From: Candidatus Latescibacterota bacterium
GTDB taxonomy: Bacteria; Latescibacterota; UBA2968; UBA8231
Assembly: GCA_965223905.1 (NCBI GenBank)
Contig: CBDCXV010000010.1
Coordinates: forward strand, 1,024,001 to 1,088,000
DNA length: 64,000 bases
Reading direction: 5' to 3'
Position numbers and translations under genes: made by a program. How positions within the stretch are numbered: the first letter of the stretch is position 1; each line of letters begins with the position of its first letter. The notes below the pieces were generated by a model that was not told where the DNA came from, did not search any database, and saw only the letters and a program-made list of their open reading frames with translations. Shown here in pieces: positions 18,365 to 28,500 of the stretch.

Positions 18365-20911
18365 TCACAGCCTCGGGTCGACCGGCTCGCTCTCCAGTGC
18401 CAGCACTCCGAAGACGCACTCGTGCACGCGGTAGAGCGGCTCCCCCTCGACGAAGCGGTGCAGGGCCTCCATGCCGAGGGCGAACTCCCGCAGCGCCAGC
18501 GAGCGCTTGACCGACAGGCGGCGCTGGCGCAGGCGCTCGATCTGCCCGGGGAGGGTGTACTCGGGGCCGTAGATGATGCGCAGGTACTCCCGCCCCCGGC
18601 ACTTGAGCGCCGGCTGCGCCGGCCCCCGCCGGCCCCGGGCGAGCCAGTCCAGGGGCTTGACCACCATGCCCTCGCCGCCGCTTTCGGTGAGCTCCAGCCA
18701 CCAGCGGGTTCCCTGCTCCTCGCTGTCCGGATCCCCCGTGTCGACGAGGCGATACCGCGTCTCGAGCAGCAGCTCCGCGTCCGCCCGGCACAGCCCGGCG
18801 AGGGTCTCCATGTGCCAGAGGTGGTCCTGGTCGACGTGGACGCGGCCCTCGGTCGCCAGCAGGTGGAAAGGGGCGACCCGGAGATCCGAGAGGCTGTTGA
18901 CCGGCCAGCAGTAGCGACGGTAGGCGTCGACGTAGCGGGAGATGCAGCCCTGCCGCTGCCGCAGGTGGGCCTCCAACTCTTCGTTGCCGCCTCCTCTTTC
19001 CGCGGCCTGCCCCAGGGCGGCGAGGGCGGCCTCGAAGGCGGCCCCTGCCGCGGACCCCGCCGGGGCGTACTGGCTGCGCAGCAGCTCCTGCGCCTTTTCC
19101 GACCAGGGCATGATCTCGGCGTCGAGGCAGACCCAGTCGCTGTCGAACCGCTGCCAGAGTCCGGCGCCTTCCACCGCCGCGCGCAGTCTCGCCACGACCT
19201 CCGAGCCGCGCTCCGGGTCGCTGAAGAAGGGGCGCCCGGTGCGGGTGAACACCACCCCGGCCTCGCCGCCGCCGGCTCCGAATCTGCGCTGCGCCGCGGC
19301 TTCGTCCCGGCAGAGCAGGATTACGGCCCGCGACCCCATGTGCTTCTCCTGGCAGATCACCCGGGAAATCCCCTGGCCCCGGTAGTGGGCGAAGCTCTCG
19401 CGCGGATGCTCGAGGTATTCCCCTTCCGCGGCGGTGTCGGACGGGGCCATGGTCGGCGGCAGGTAGACGAGCCAGCGCGGGTCGACGGCGAAGCGGCTCA
19501 TCACCTCGAGAGCGGCCGCGGCGTTCTCCTTGCGGATGGCGACGCCGCGGTTCAGTCGCGTGGGGATGAGCCGCTTTCCGAGCACGTCGCCGATGTCGAG
19601 CAGGTCGCCGTAGGGCCGTGACTCTTCCGCCTCTCCGGAGGACGGGAGCGGCCGCACCGGCTCGCAGTAAACCTGCCGCGCCGGGACCTGGACGATCTCC
19701 CTTTCCGGGTAGCGCAGCGCCGTCAGCCTGCCCCCGAAGACGCACCCGGTGTCGATGTTGACGGTGCGGTTCACCCACTCCGGCTCCGGCACCGGGGTGT
19801 GGCCGTACACCACCGTCGCCCTGCCGCGGTAGGCCGCGGCCCAGTCGCAGCGCACCGGCAGCCCGAACTCGTCGGTCTCGCCGGTGGTCTCGCCGTATAG
19901 GGCGAACTCGCGCACCCGGCCGGAGGCCCGTCCCTGGAGGGCCTCCTCGAGGCCGGCGTGGGCGACGACGAGCTCGCCGCCGTCGAGCACGTAATGGCTG
20001 ACCAGGCGGCCGATGAAGGCCGCGGCCTCGGCGGCGAATTCCGCCGGCTCGCGCTCGAGCTGTTCCAGGGTCTCGGCGAGGCCGTGGGAGACCTTCACGT
20101 CCCGCCCCTGCAGCTTGCGCAGCAGCTTGACGTCGTGGTTGCCCGGAATGCAGAGAGCCGTTCCCGCCTCGACCATCCCCATGACCAGGCGCAGCACCTC
20201 CGGAGAGCGGGGGCCGCGGTCGACGAGATCCCCGAGGAAGACGGCCTTGCGCCCTTCCGGGTGGCGCGCCTCCGGCCCCGCGGAACCGGAGCCGACCTCC
20301 CAGCCGAGGGCGAGGAGCAGTTCGGTCAGCTCGTCGTAGCAGCCGTGGACGTCGCCGACGATGTCGAAGGGGCCGCGCTCGCCGCGCCGGTCCGGCCACA
20401 GCGGCTGGCGCTCGATGAAGGCGGCATCCGCTTCTTCCGGGCTGCCGAACACGGTGACGGAGTGGAAGCCCTCCCGCCTGAGGCCGCGCAGGGAGCGGCG
20501 CAGGGAGCGGCTCTGCCGGCGCACCACGTGGAGGTCGATGTCGCGGTCGGCGCGCTCCTCGTTGCGCCGCTGGCAGAGCTGCGGCGGCAGGTCGAAGACG
20601 ATGGCTGCGGCGAGGAGGTGGAACTCGCGGGCCAGGGCGATCAGCCTGGCGCGGTCCTCCGGCTTCACGCTCGTCGCGTCGATCACGGTGAGCCTGCGGC
20701 CGGCGAGCCGTTTGCCGGCGATGTAGTGAAGGAGTTCGAAGGCGTCGCCGGTGGCGGACAGGTCGTTCTCGTCGTCGGCGACGAGGCCGCGGCAGTAGTC
20801 GGAGGAGATCACCTCGGTGGGCCGGAAGTGCCGGCGCGCAAAGGTCGTCTTGCCGCTCCCCGAAGGGCCGGCGAGCACGACCAGCGAGGGCTCGGGAACG
20901 GTCAGCTTCAT
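18365..20911 (-). CDS. pnkp: Polynucleotide kinase-phosphatase-ligase (bacterial Pnkp)
   Basis: Kinase GPSGSGKT; metallophosphoesterase GDVHG, GDLVDRG, GNHD, YGHTP; ligase QEKHMGSR, EGMVVKP, KCRGREYLRIIYG; ends VDPRL. Confidence 0.95.
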   Translation of the reverse strand: MKLTVPEPSLVVLAGPSGSGKTTFARRHFRPTEVISSDYCRGLVADDENDLSATGDAFELLHYIAGKRLAGRRLTVIDATSVKPEDRARLIALAREFHLLAAAIVFDLPPQLCQRRNEERADRDIDLHVVRRQSRSLRRSLRGLRREGFHSVTVFGSPEEADAAFIERQPLWPDRRGERGPFDIVGDVHGCYDELTELLLALGWEVGSGSAGPEARHPEGRKAVFLGDLVDRGPRSPEVLRLVMGMVEAGTALCIPGNHDVKLLRKLQGRDVKVSHGLAETLEQLEREPAEFAAEAAAFIGRLVSHYVLDGGELVVAHAGLEEALQGRASGRVREFALYGETTGETDEFGLPVRCDWAAAYRGRATVVYGHTPVPEPEWVNRTVNIDTGCVFGGRLTALRYPEREIVQVPARQVYCEPVRPLPSSGEAEESRPYGDLLDIGDVLGKRLIPTRLNRGVAIRKENAAAALEVMSRFAVDPRWLVYLPPTMAPSDTAAEGEYLEHPRESFAHYRGQGISRVICQEKHMGSRAVILLCRDEAAAQRRFGAGGGEAGVVFTRTGRPFFSDPERGSEVVARLRAAVEGAGLWQRFDSDWVCLDAEIMPWSEKAQELLRSQYAPAGSAAGAAFEAALAALGQAAERGGGNEELEAHLRQRQGCISRYVDAYRRYCWPVNSLSDLRVAPFHLLATEGRVHVDQDHLWHMETLAGLCRADAELLLETRYRLVDTGDPDSEEQGTRWWLELTESGGEGMVVKPLDWLARGRRGPAQPALKCRGREYLRIIYGPEYTLPGQIERLRQRRLSVKRSLALREFALGMEALHRFVEGEPLYRVHECVFGVLALESEPVDPRL

Positions 20912-22308
20912 AACGAGAACACTGCCATCTGCGTCGGCGGGCCGAGCTCCGGGTCCTCTTCGCCGACCGGCAGGAAGCGGACCGAGTACCCGAAGCGGCC
21001 GGCCGCGGCCTGCGCCCAGTCCCGGAACTGCTTCCGCGTCCATTCGAAGCGGTGGTCGCGGTGGCGGAAGCGGCCCGCGGGAAGGGACTCGAAGCGGCTG
21101 TTGTAGTCGGCGTTCGGCGTGGTCGCGATCACCGTCGCCGGCCGCGCGAACTCGAAGAGGACGCGCTCGAACGCCGGCAGCCGCGGCGGATCGATATGCT
21201 CGATCACCTCCACGGCGCAGGCGGCGGCGTACCCGGAGAGGCGCTCGTCCCGGTAGGTGAGGGAGCCTTGGAAAAGCTCGAGGCGCTGCCGCCGTCCGGC
21301 CGGGAGGCGCTCGAGGCCGAGGCGCTCCCCGGCGATCTCGAGGGCGCGGTGGGAGACGTCCATGCCGGCGATGCGGCCGCACTCCCCGTCGTCGAGCAGG
21401 GCCTTGAGAAGCTTGCCCTCGCCGCAGCCGAGATCGATGACGCTGCGCGCGCCCGCCTCCCGGAGCGCCCCCCTGACCGCTGCGAGGCGCTGGTCGTTCA
21501 GGCTGAGCGCGCGCTCGAGACCCTCCTCCTCCTGCTCATGCGCCGGTTGGCCATCGGCGTCCGGGTCTTCCTCGGCGACGAGCCGGGCCAGCGCCTCGCG
21601 TGCCAGGTAGCGCTGGTGCTTGAGGTAGCGGCGGGCGATCTGCTCCCGCTCAGGGTGCGAAGAAAGCCAGCCTTCCCCCCGGGCCAGCAGCTTGTCGAGC
21701 TCCTCCTGCCCGACCCAGTAATGCTTGTCGTCGTCGAGCACCGGAAGCAGGACGTAGAGGTGGGAGAGGAGGTCGCGGAGCCGGCAGGTTCCGGCCAGCC
21801 GCACCCGGTAGTACGGGCTCTTCCCCCATTCGGGGAAGTTGCTGTCGAGAGGGAGGCGCCGGGCCTCGACCGCGTACCCGAGCGGCTCGAAGAGGCGGCG
21901 CAGGAACGGCTCGCCCCCGCGGCAGGGGAGCACGGCGATCTCTGCCTCTAGGGGAAGCGGCGTGTCTGCGAGCTCGGGCCGGTCCTTGCTGCTGCCCTTT
22001 AGAGCCGAACCGAAGATGCGGGCGATGGCGACGCTGAGGAAGGAGGAGGCGACGTAGGGGCGGTCGTTGACGTACTGCTTCAGAGCCCCGCCGTCGCCGG
22101 GGTTGGCGCCCCGGGGGCCGCGCACCAGACCGACCGGATCGAGGTCGAGCAGCAGCGCCGCTTCGCAGCGGTCCTCGCGCGCCACCGGGTAGAAGACGTG
22201 CGCCTGTCCGAACGGCAGGGGAAACGACTGGCAGCGGGCCGGGTTCTTCACCAGCAGGTACCCGAGGTCGGTCGCCGGCTTTGAAGTGGTCGCGATCGTC
22301 AGCAGCAT
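20908..22308 (-). CDS. hen1: Hen1 3'-terminal RNA 2'-O-methyltransferase
   Basis: PATDLGYLL, YVNDRPY, LDDDKHYW, DLGCGEG, EVIEH, TTPN..YN, RHRDHRFEW; ATGA overlap with pnkp. Confidence 0.95.
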   Translation of the reverse strand: MLLTIATTSKPATDLGYLLVKNPARCQSFPLPFGQAHVFYPVAREDRCEAALLLDLDPVGLVRGPRGANPGDGGALKQYVNDRPYVASSFLSVAIARIFGSALKGSSKDRPELADTPLPLEAEIAVLPCRGGEPFLRRLFEPLGYAVEARRLPLDSNFPEWGKSPYYRVRLAGTCRLRDLLSHLYVLLPVLDDDKHYWVGQEELDKLLARGEGWLSSHPEREQIARRYLKHQRYLAREALARLVAEEDPDADGQPAHEQEEEGLERALSLNDQRLAAVRGALREAGARSVIDLGCGEGKLLKALLDDGECGRIAGMDVSHRALEIAGERLGLERLPAGRRQRLELFQGSLTYRDERLSGYAAACAVEVIEHIDPPRLPAFERVLFEFARPATVIATTPNADYNSRFESLPAGRFRHRDHRFEWTRKQFRDWAQAAAGRFGYSVRFLPVGEEDPELGPPTQMAVFSL

Positions 22309-22324
22309 GGGTCACAGCTTCCGA

Positions 22325-22353
22325 TTGACTTAGCTATCATAGAATGATATCAT
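22325..22353 (+). promoter_or_regulatory. sigma70 promoter of hicAB with operator-like palindromes
   Basis: TTGACT-17bp-TATCAT; TATCAT-aga-ATGATA (22335-22349) and ATGATATCAT (22344-22353). Confidence 0.7.
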
Positions 22354-22359
22354 CAGCGA

Positions 22360-22611
22360 ATGAACCGGCGCCATCGCAGGACGCTCGAGGCGATCTTCGC
22401 CCATCCGCCCGGCGCCGTTCGTTGGCGGGATGTGGAGTTCATGCTCAAGGGGCTTGGCGGGATCGTAAGCGAACGAGCGGGCTCCAGAGTGGCGATTCTG
22501 CTGAACGATCGAGTCGCGGTCTTCCACCGGCCCCATCCGGGCCCCGAGATGAGCAGGGGGGCGGTGAGGGACCTGCGCCGATTCCTGGAGAATGCGGGGG
22601 TTATACCATGA
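22360..22611 (+). CDS. hicA: HicA family toxin
   Basis: 83 aa; ERAGSRV, FHRPHP motifs. Confidence 0.9.
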   Translation: MNRRHRRTLEAIFAHPPGAVRWRDVEFMLKGLGGIVSERAGSRVAILLNDRVAVFHRPHPGPEMSRGAVRDLRRFLENAGVIP

Positions 22612-22937
22612 TCGAGTACAAGGGCTTTCTCGGTGTCTTCGATTTCGAGCCCGATACCAGTTCGTTTCACGGGACCGTGGTCAACACGAACGACGTCATC
22701 TCCTTCTACGGCTCTTCGGTGGTCGAGTTGCGCCGGGAGATGCGTCGATCAGTCGAGGAGTACCTGGCTTTCTGCCGGGAGCAGGATCGTCCGCCGGAGA
22801 AGCCTTTTTCCGGGAAGTTGATGCTGCGCACGACGCACGACCTCCATCGGAGGGTCGCCCTGCAGGCCGCCCGCCATCGGTTGAGCATGAACGCCTATCT
22901 CCAGAGGGTCCTGGAGAGGGCCGTGGCCGAAGACTGA
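22608..22937 (+). CDS. hicB: HicB family antitoxin (RHH C-terminus)
   Basis: MIEYKGF, SVEEYLAFC, KPFSGKLMLR, SMNAY; ATGA overlap. Confidence 0.9.
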   Translation: MIEYKGFLGVFDFEPDTSSFHGTVVNTNDVISFYGSSVVELRREMRRSVEEYLAFCREQDRPPEKPFSGKLMLRTTHDLHRRVALQAARHRLSMNAYLQRVLERAVAED

Positions 22938-22992
22938 CTCTCACCCGAGGTGCGCCGCCTGGCCCGGGCCGCCCATCCCTTCCCTGGAAGAC

Positions 22993-25212
22993 ATGAATCA
23001 GATGAAACAGCCCCGAATATTCAATGTCGCCTTCTTGTTGGCCTGTGTCCTGTTGGTGCGGGATGGCCTCGCCCAGGAATATACCCGCTGGAATCTGCCC
23101 GAAGGGGCTCTCGCCCGTCTGGGCAAAGGCCGCATCGGTAGTGGGGACCGAGCGGTGGCCTATTCCCCCGATGGCACACGGCTGGCCGTGGCAAGTGGCA
23201 TCGGTATCTGGCTCTACAATGCTGGCACCGGTGCTGAAATCGCCTTGTTCACGGGGCATACAAGGTATGTCCGTGCGGTGGCGTTCTCCCCGGATGGGAC
23301 CACTCTGGCCAGTGGTAGTTTCGACTCCACAGTTGTGCTGTGGGATGTGGCCAGCGGACAAAAGAAGGCAGCCCTCCAAGCGCATACGGATGGGGTCCTT
23401 TCGGTGGCGTTTTCGCCGGATGGGGCCACCCTGGCCAGTGGGAGTCGGGACGGCACGGTTGTGTTGTGGGATGTGGCCAGCGGGCAGGAGAAGGCCACTC
23501 TCCGGTATACGGGGAGGGTCCTTCATACGGGGAGGGTCCTTTCGGTGGCGTTCTCCCCGGATGGGACCACTCTGGCCAGTAGTGTAGGTTGGCCGGACTA
23601 TGCGGTTGTGTTGTGGGATGCGGCCAGCGGGCAGGAGAAGGCCACCCTCCAAGAGCATAAGTATAAGTATGAGGTCTATTCGGTGGCGTTCTCGCCGGAC
23701 GGGACCATCTTGGCCAGTGGGAGTCCGGACGGCACGGTTGTGTTGTGGGAGGTGGGCAGCGGGCAGAAGAAGGCCACCCTCCAAGGGAATACGGATGGGG
23801 CCCGTTCGGGGGTGTTCTCGCCGGATGGGACCCGTTCGGTGGCGTTCTCGCCGGATGGGACCACCCTGGCCAGTGGAAGTTGGGACAATACGGTTCGGTT
23901 GTGGGATGTGGCCAGCGGGCAGGAGAAGGCCACCCTCCGAGGGCATACGGGGAGGGTCCACTCGGTGGCGTTCTCGCCGGATGGGATCACCCTGGCCAGT
24001 GCCAGTCGGGGAGGAGAGGTTGTGTTGTGGGAGGTGGCCAGCGGGCAGGAGACGGTCACCCTCCGGCATACGGATCTGGTCTGGTCGGGGGCGTTCTCGC
24101 CGGAGGGCACCACCCTGGCGGGTGCCAAGGCGGACAGCACTGTTGTGTTGTGGGAGGTGCCCAACGGGCAGGAGAAGGCCACCCTCCGGCATACGTCTTG
24201 GGTCAATTCGGTGGCTTTCTCGCCGGATGGGACCACTCTGGCCAGTGCCAGTGACGACAGAACTGTTGTGTTGTGGGAGGTGGCTAGCGGGCAGGAGAAG
24301 GCCGCCCTACAAGGGCATACGTCGTCTGTCGAGTCGGTGGCTTTCTCGCCGGACGGGACCACCCTGGCCAGTGGGAGTCAGGACGGCACTGTTGTGTTGT
24401 GGGAGGTGGCCAGCGGGCAGGAGAAAGCCACCTTCCAAGGGCATACCCATGCGGTCATTTCGGTGGCGTTTTCGCCGGATGGGACCACCTTGGCCAGTGG
24501 AAGTTGGGACGGCACCGTTCTACTGTGGGATATGTCGCCGTACATCACAGATCCACAGGTGCCTACCCCCGATTCGATGCTCCTTGCCCCCACGGAGGTG
24601 GAAGCCAGAGTCCTGGGCGACGCGGTCTCGAGCTTGACGGTCGAGTTTTCCCGCGCCATCGCTGGTCGCCGACCCGACTACGCCTGGAACGCGGTCACCG
24701 ACTCGGCCGGCCGCCTGGCCCTGACCATCACCAGCCCGGTTCGGCCCGGTGTCAGCGGCTTCTACCGCGCCCGGGCCCGCAACGAGGCCGGTGAGATCGT
24801 GACCCAATGGAACAGCATCCCCCTCAACCGCAACCGGCGCCAGATCCTGGAACTGACCTTGGGAGGCGGGGTGCGGATGGTTGCCGTCGAACGGCTGGAC
24901 CCGGCCAAAGAAGTGGCCCCGTCGGAGGAACCAGCCGTCAGTGGCCTGTCGCCCAATTTTCCCAACCCCTTCAACAGCACAACTCAGATCGCCTACCGCC
25001 TGGCCGCTCCCGGCCCGGTGCGGCTGGAGATCTACAATGCCTTGGGCCAGCCTGTGCGCACGCTGATAGATCAAGTCCAGGCCGCTGGCTTCTACCAGGT
25101 CCACTGGGACGCCCTTGACCAGCGGGGGGCCGCGGTGGCGGCAGGGGTCTACCTGATGCGTCTGTACTACCCCGATGGAGTGCAGTCCCGGAAGCTGCTC
25201 TTTCTCAAATAG
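22993..25212 (+). CDS. Secreted WD40-repeat protein with C-terminal FlgD/Ig-like ('PNPFN') domain
   Basis: Signal peptide, LPEGALARLGKG cap, ~10 SVAFSPDG-TLASGS-D-TV-LW repeats, NFPNPFNSTTQI..IYNALGQ tail. Confidence 0.9.
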   Translation: MNQMKQPRIFNVAFLLACVLLVRDGLAQEYTRWNLPEGALARLGKGRIGSGDRAVAYSPDGTRLAVASGIGIWLYNAGTGAEIALFTGHTRYVRAVAFSPDGTTLASGSFDSTVVLWDVASGQKKAALQAHTDGVLSVAFSPDGATLASGSRDGTVVLWDVASGQEKATLRYTGRVLHTGRVLSVAFSPDGTTLASSVGWPDYAVVLWDAASGQEKATLQEHKYKYEVYSVAFSPDGTILASGSPDGTVVLWEVGSGQKKATLQGNTDGARSGVFSPDGTRSVAFSPDGTTLASGSWDNTVRLWDVASGQEKATLRGHTGRVHSVAFSPDGITLASASRGGEVVLWEVASGQETVTLRHTDLVWSGAFSPEGTTLAGAKADSTVVLWEVPNGQEKATLRHTSWVNSVAFSPDGTTLASASDDRTVVLWEVASGQEKAALQGHTSSVESVAFSPDGTTLASGSQDGTVVLWEVASGQEKATFQGHTHAVISVAFSPDGTTLASGSWDGTVLLWDMSPYITDPQVPTPDSMLLAPTEVEARVLGDAVSSLTVEFSRAIAGRRPDYAWNAVTDSAGRLALTITSPVRPGVSGFYRARARNEAGEIVTQWNSIPLNRNRRQILELTLGGGVRMVAVERLDPAKEVAPSEEPAVSGLSPNFPNPFNSTTQIAYRLAAPGPVRLEIYNALGQPVRTLIDQVQAAGFYQVHWDALDQRGAAVAAGVYLMRLYYPDGVQSRKLLFLK
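23250..24535 (+). repeat. Intragenic ~126-bp near-identical WD40 tandem repeats
   Basis: Recurrent ttctcgccggatgggaccaccctggccagtg and gtgttgtgggaggtggccagcgggcaggagaaggcc blocks. Confidence 0.9.
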
Positions 25213-25570
25213 GAGGAAAATGCCAGCGCCGCCCAACGGGGCGGTCGCGATCATCGCTGCGGGGGGTTGCAATGGGGGTACCCCAGGTACCTTCATGCCC
25301 GGGAAAAGCACCGGCTCATCCCTGCCCCTTCTGTTCCGTCTTTCCAGCGCCCCTTCGGGCCCTCACCGCTCATCGGTCCCGGTCAGCCACTCCAGGTTGA
25401 ACCGTGCAAACGCTGATCCGGTCCCGGCCCTTTTCTCGCCGTTGGTGTAAAGGCAGAAGATGGTCCCCCGGGGAATCTCCGGGTGCTCTCCATGCTCGAC
25501 GGGGTCTTACCACCGGGAACGAACCGGGTATTCCCACGCTTCCCCGAGGTTTTGGGACCGCTTCGCCGCA

Positions 25571-28500
25571 TCAGTGATACAGCAGCTCCGCCATAATCGG
25601 CTGCCGCTCGATTTCGGGGCCTGCGATCTCGAGTTCCGGAACCTCCCCGGTCCAGTAGCGCTCGATCAGCCCCGGGACGTTGACGCCGTCGTACTCGAAC
25701 TGCATGTATTCGAGGTACCCCCCGGGGCGGATGTCGGCGAAATAGATCTCGATCGGGTGATACCCCTTCCTCAGGTAGATCGACCAGTTGCCGAGGGCGT
25801 GCCGCCGCGTGCCCGGATACCACTGCTGCAGGGGCGACCCCGGCCCGACCGCGGCCTTTGAACCACCCTCCCACCTGTTCTCGTACCCGAGGCGGACGTC
25901 GAGATCGTACCCGGCCAGCGGCGCGTACCTGATGAACTCCTCCGGGGCGAACAGGGTGTAGATCCCCTCTTCGGGGGCCCTGAAGAACCCCTCGTAGCGA
26001 AAGGCGAAGGCCTGCTTCTCCCTGCCTGAGAGGGGGCTCGTGTCGAATGCGGAAGCAACCGTCCCGGTTTTCGCTGCCTCGGTCAGCGGCGCCCCGAACA
26101 GCAGCTTCGGCCACTTGTCTTCGTAGTAGCTGTACTCGAGGCCGGGTTCGAGTCCGGCCGCAAGTGAATCGGGCAGGGGCTCGTGAGGGGATTCCCTGAC
26201 GTAGACCGCGCGGTAAACGCGGCTCGTCAAGGTGTTTCCCGCCCGGTTCGCCGGCATCTCCGTCAGCCAGTTTCTGAATGCGCGGGCCTTCAGGGTTACG
26301 GATTCCGAAAAGGTGAATCCTCCCGTGTACAGGTCGGACGCGAGGGTGGGGTCGCTGCCGTCGGTGGTGTAGCGGATGTCGACGTTCTCGTCCGGGCAGG
26401 CGATGGTAACGGTCACTTCCTCGGCGAAGGCGGATATGTCCGGGCCTATCGCCAGCTCGCCGATGGCGCGAAGGATGGGGAACCGTTCCTCGGCATGGCC
26501 GTCCCGCGCGAACTCGTAGCTCTCCGCTTCCCCGAGCACCAGGCCGCGTTCGGTTTCCTCCCCCGCCTTGCGCACCGTCAGGCTGGACTCGAGGCCATCG
26601 GCGACGAAATCGATGCGGTCGCCGTTCTCCAATACCACGGAGACTCCCCTGCCGCTGCGGCTCCGCTCGACCCGCAGCTCCTTTTCGGACTGCCCCTGCC
26701 GCCGCGGGTGGATGACGGTGATGAGCTGACTCCTGCCGGGCCCGCTCTCCCAGTCCGCGGCGAGGTGGAGGAACTCCCCTCCCGGCCTGCGGTCGGCGCG
26801 GTACCCCTTGTACCACTCCTCCTGCAGGGTGTAGGTCTTCACCGGGTTGTAGCTCAGGGCCTGCTTCTCGCCGGTTTCCAGCAGCACGGGGCCGGCGTGG
26901 TACATCGACAGGTTCGGTTTTTCTCCGGCATGGGAATGGAACATGCCTCTGCCGGGATCGGCGGAGACCCACTCCTTCTCGTACCCCTCCGGATCCTTCT
27001 CCGTCAGTTTCGGCATCCACCATTGCTGCCGGTAGCTCTGCGCCCGGTCCGCCTCCATGATGTCGAGGAGGAACCAGACCCCCTGTTCCTTCGCGAACTG
27101 GACGACGCGGTGATGGGAGATCTCCCCTTCGAGGGCGCCGGCGAGGATTTGCAGGTTGACGTCGTAGTGGTAGAGCATGGGCTCGTGATCGGGAGAGTCG
27201 CTGTACATCCCGTCGTACTTCCCCTCGGCGAGGTCGAAGGCGGCGCTGTGATGGGTGCGCCAGGGGGAGAGAGGCGCCAGCCCGGGCTGGTGCTCTCCCT
27301 TGCGTCCGTGTCCGGTGATGCCGGCGCGGGCGAACTGGTCCTGGCCGTCGACCTGAATCGGGCTGCGCACGTAGTGGTAGGCGTAGGGGATGCCCTGGAC
27401 GAGCAGCGTCTGGTCGAAGGCGCTGAGGGTGAGGGAGTTGCAGTTCTTGGCCCGCAGGAACAGGCCGCCGTCGAGGCCGCGGCCGCTCGAGTGCAGGAAC
27501 AAGCCGGCCTGGTCTTGGCGCGCGTCCCACCCGGAGCGCATGATGCTGATGTGGTTGTAGGGAAAGCTGATCGAGGTGTAGGGGGGAGGCCCTGAGGCGA
27601 ACAGCCCCCCTTTCAGCAGGGGGTTGTCCGCATCGGTCCAGGTGATTCCGCGCCAGTCGGGAGCGGTCTGGTTACGGAGAATTGTTGCGGCGACGGCCTG
27701 CAGGGAAGGATCCATCAGGGCCCTGGGCTGAAACCGGGCGACGAGGTTCACCCGGGTGCTGAAGCCGGCGTTGCGGCGGTCGGTCGATACGCCGTTCAGC
27801 ACCTCGCCCCCGGCTTCGAAGAGGTTGAGGTACCAGAACACGCGTTCGGCGAGGCGGTCCTCGTACTCCAGCTCCCGGCTGGGGGTGAGCCACTCGGGAT
27901 CGGCTTCCCTGATCCTGTCGAGGTAGACGGAGTTCTCGGTGAGCTCGTGGCGGCTGTACCCGGCCATGCGTCCGTACATCGAGCCGTCCGGCAGGTCGAC
28001 GAGGGCGTTGTAGATTTCGAACTGCCGGCGCGACTCGTTCTCCAGCAGCCTGGCGATCCTGAAGTCGTAGAAGAAATAGCTGAGGAACTGCTGCACGTGG
28101 ACGGCGCCGCAGGAGTGGTTGCCGCTCTGCTCGCGGTTGTAGTAGAGCGACTGCGGCAGCAGGACGGTCAGCTGCCGGACCAGTATGCGCGCCAGGGTCG
28201 TCGAGGGGAAACCCTCCCCTCCGGGAGGCAGCACGCGGGCGATTTCCGAGAGCGCGTGGATGAAATGCTCGCAGTTTCCGTGTCCCTGCTTGCCGTAGTC
28301 GAGGTTGAGGGGGTTGAGGTTTTCCTGGACGCGGCAGTTCATCGTGTAGTCGTCGTAGTACTCGAGGTACTTGTCGAGATACCTGCGGTCCCCGGTGTCG
28401 ACGAACTTCCACCAGAGCGTGCGGAAGTTGTGCTCCGAGGCGAAGTACTCGAACACCAGCGGCGTGTACCAGGGGTTCTGCAGACCCTCGGGCTGCCAGT

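Noticed and set aside
23250-24535. WD40 DNA repeats as a CRISPR array or DGR
   Set aside because: The repeats are in-frame coding units without unique spacers; no cas or reverse transcriptase gene and no adenine-specific TR/VR pair was seen.
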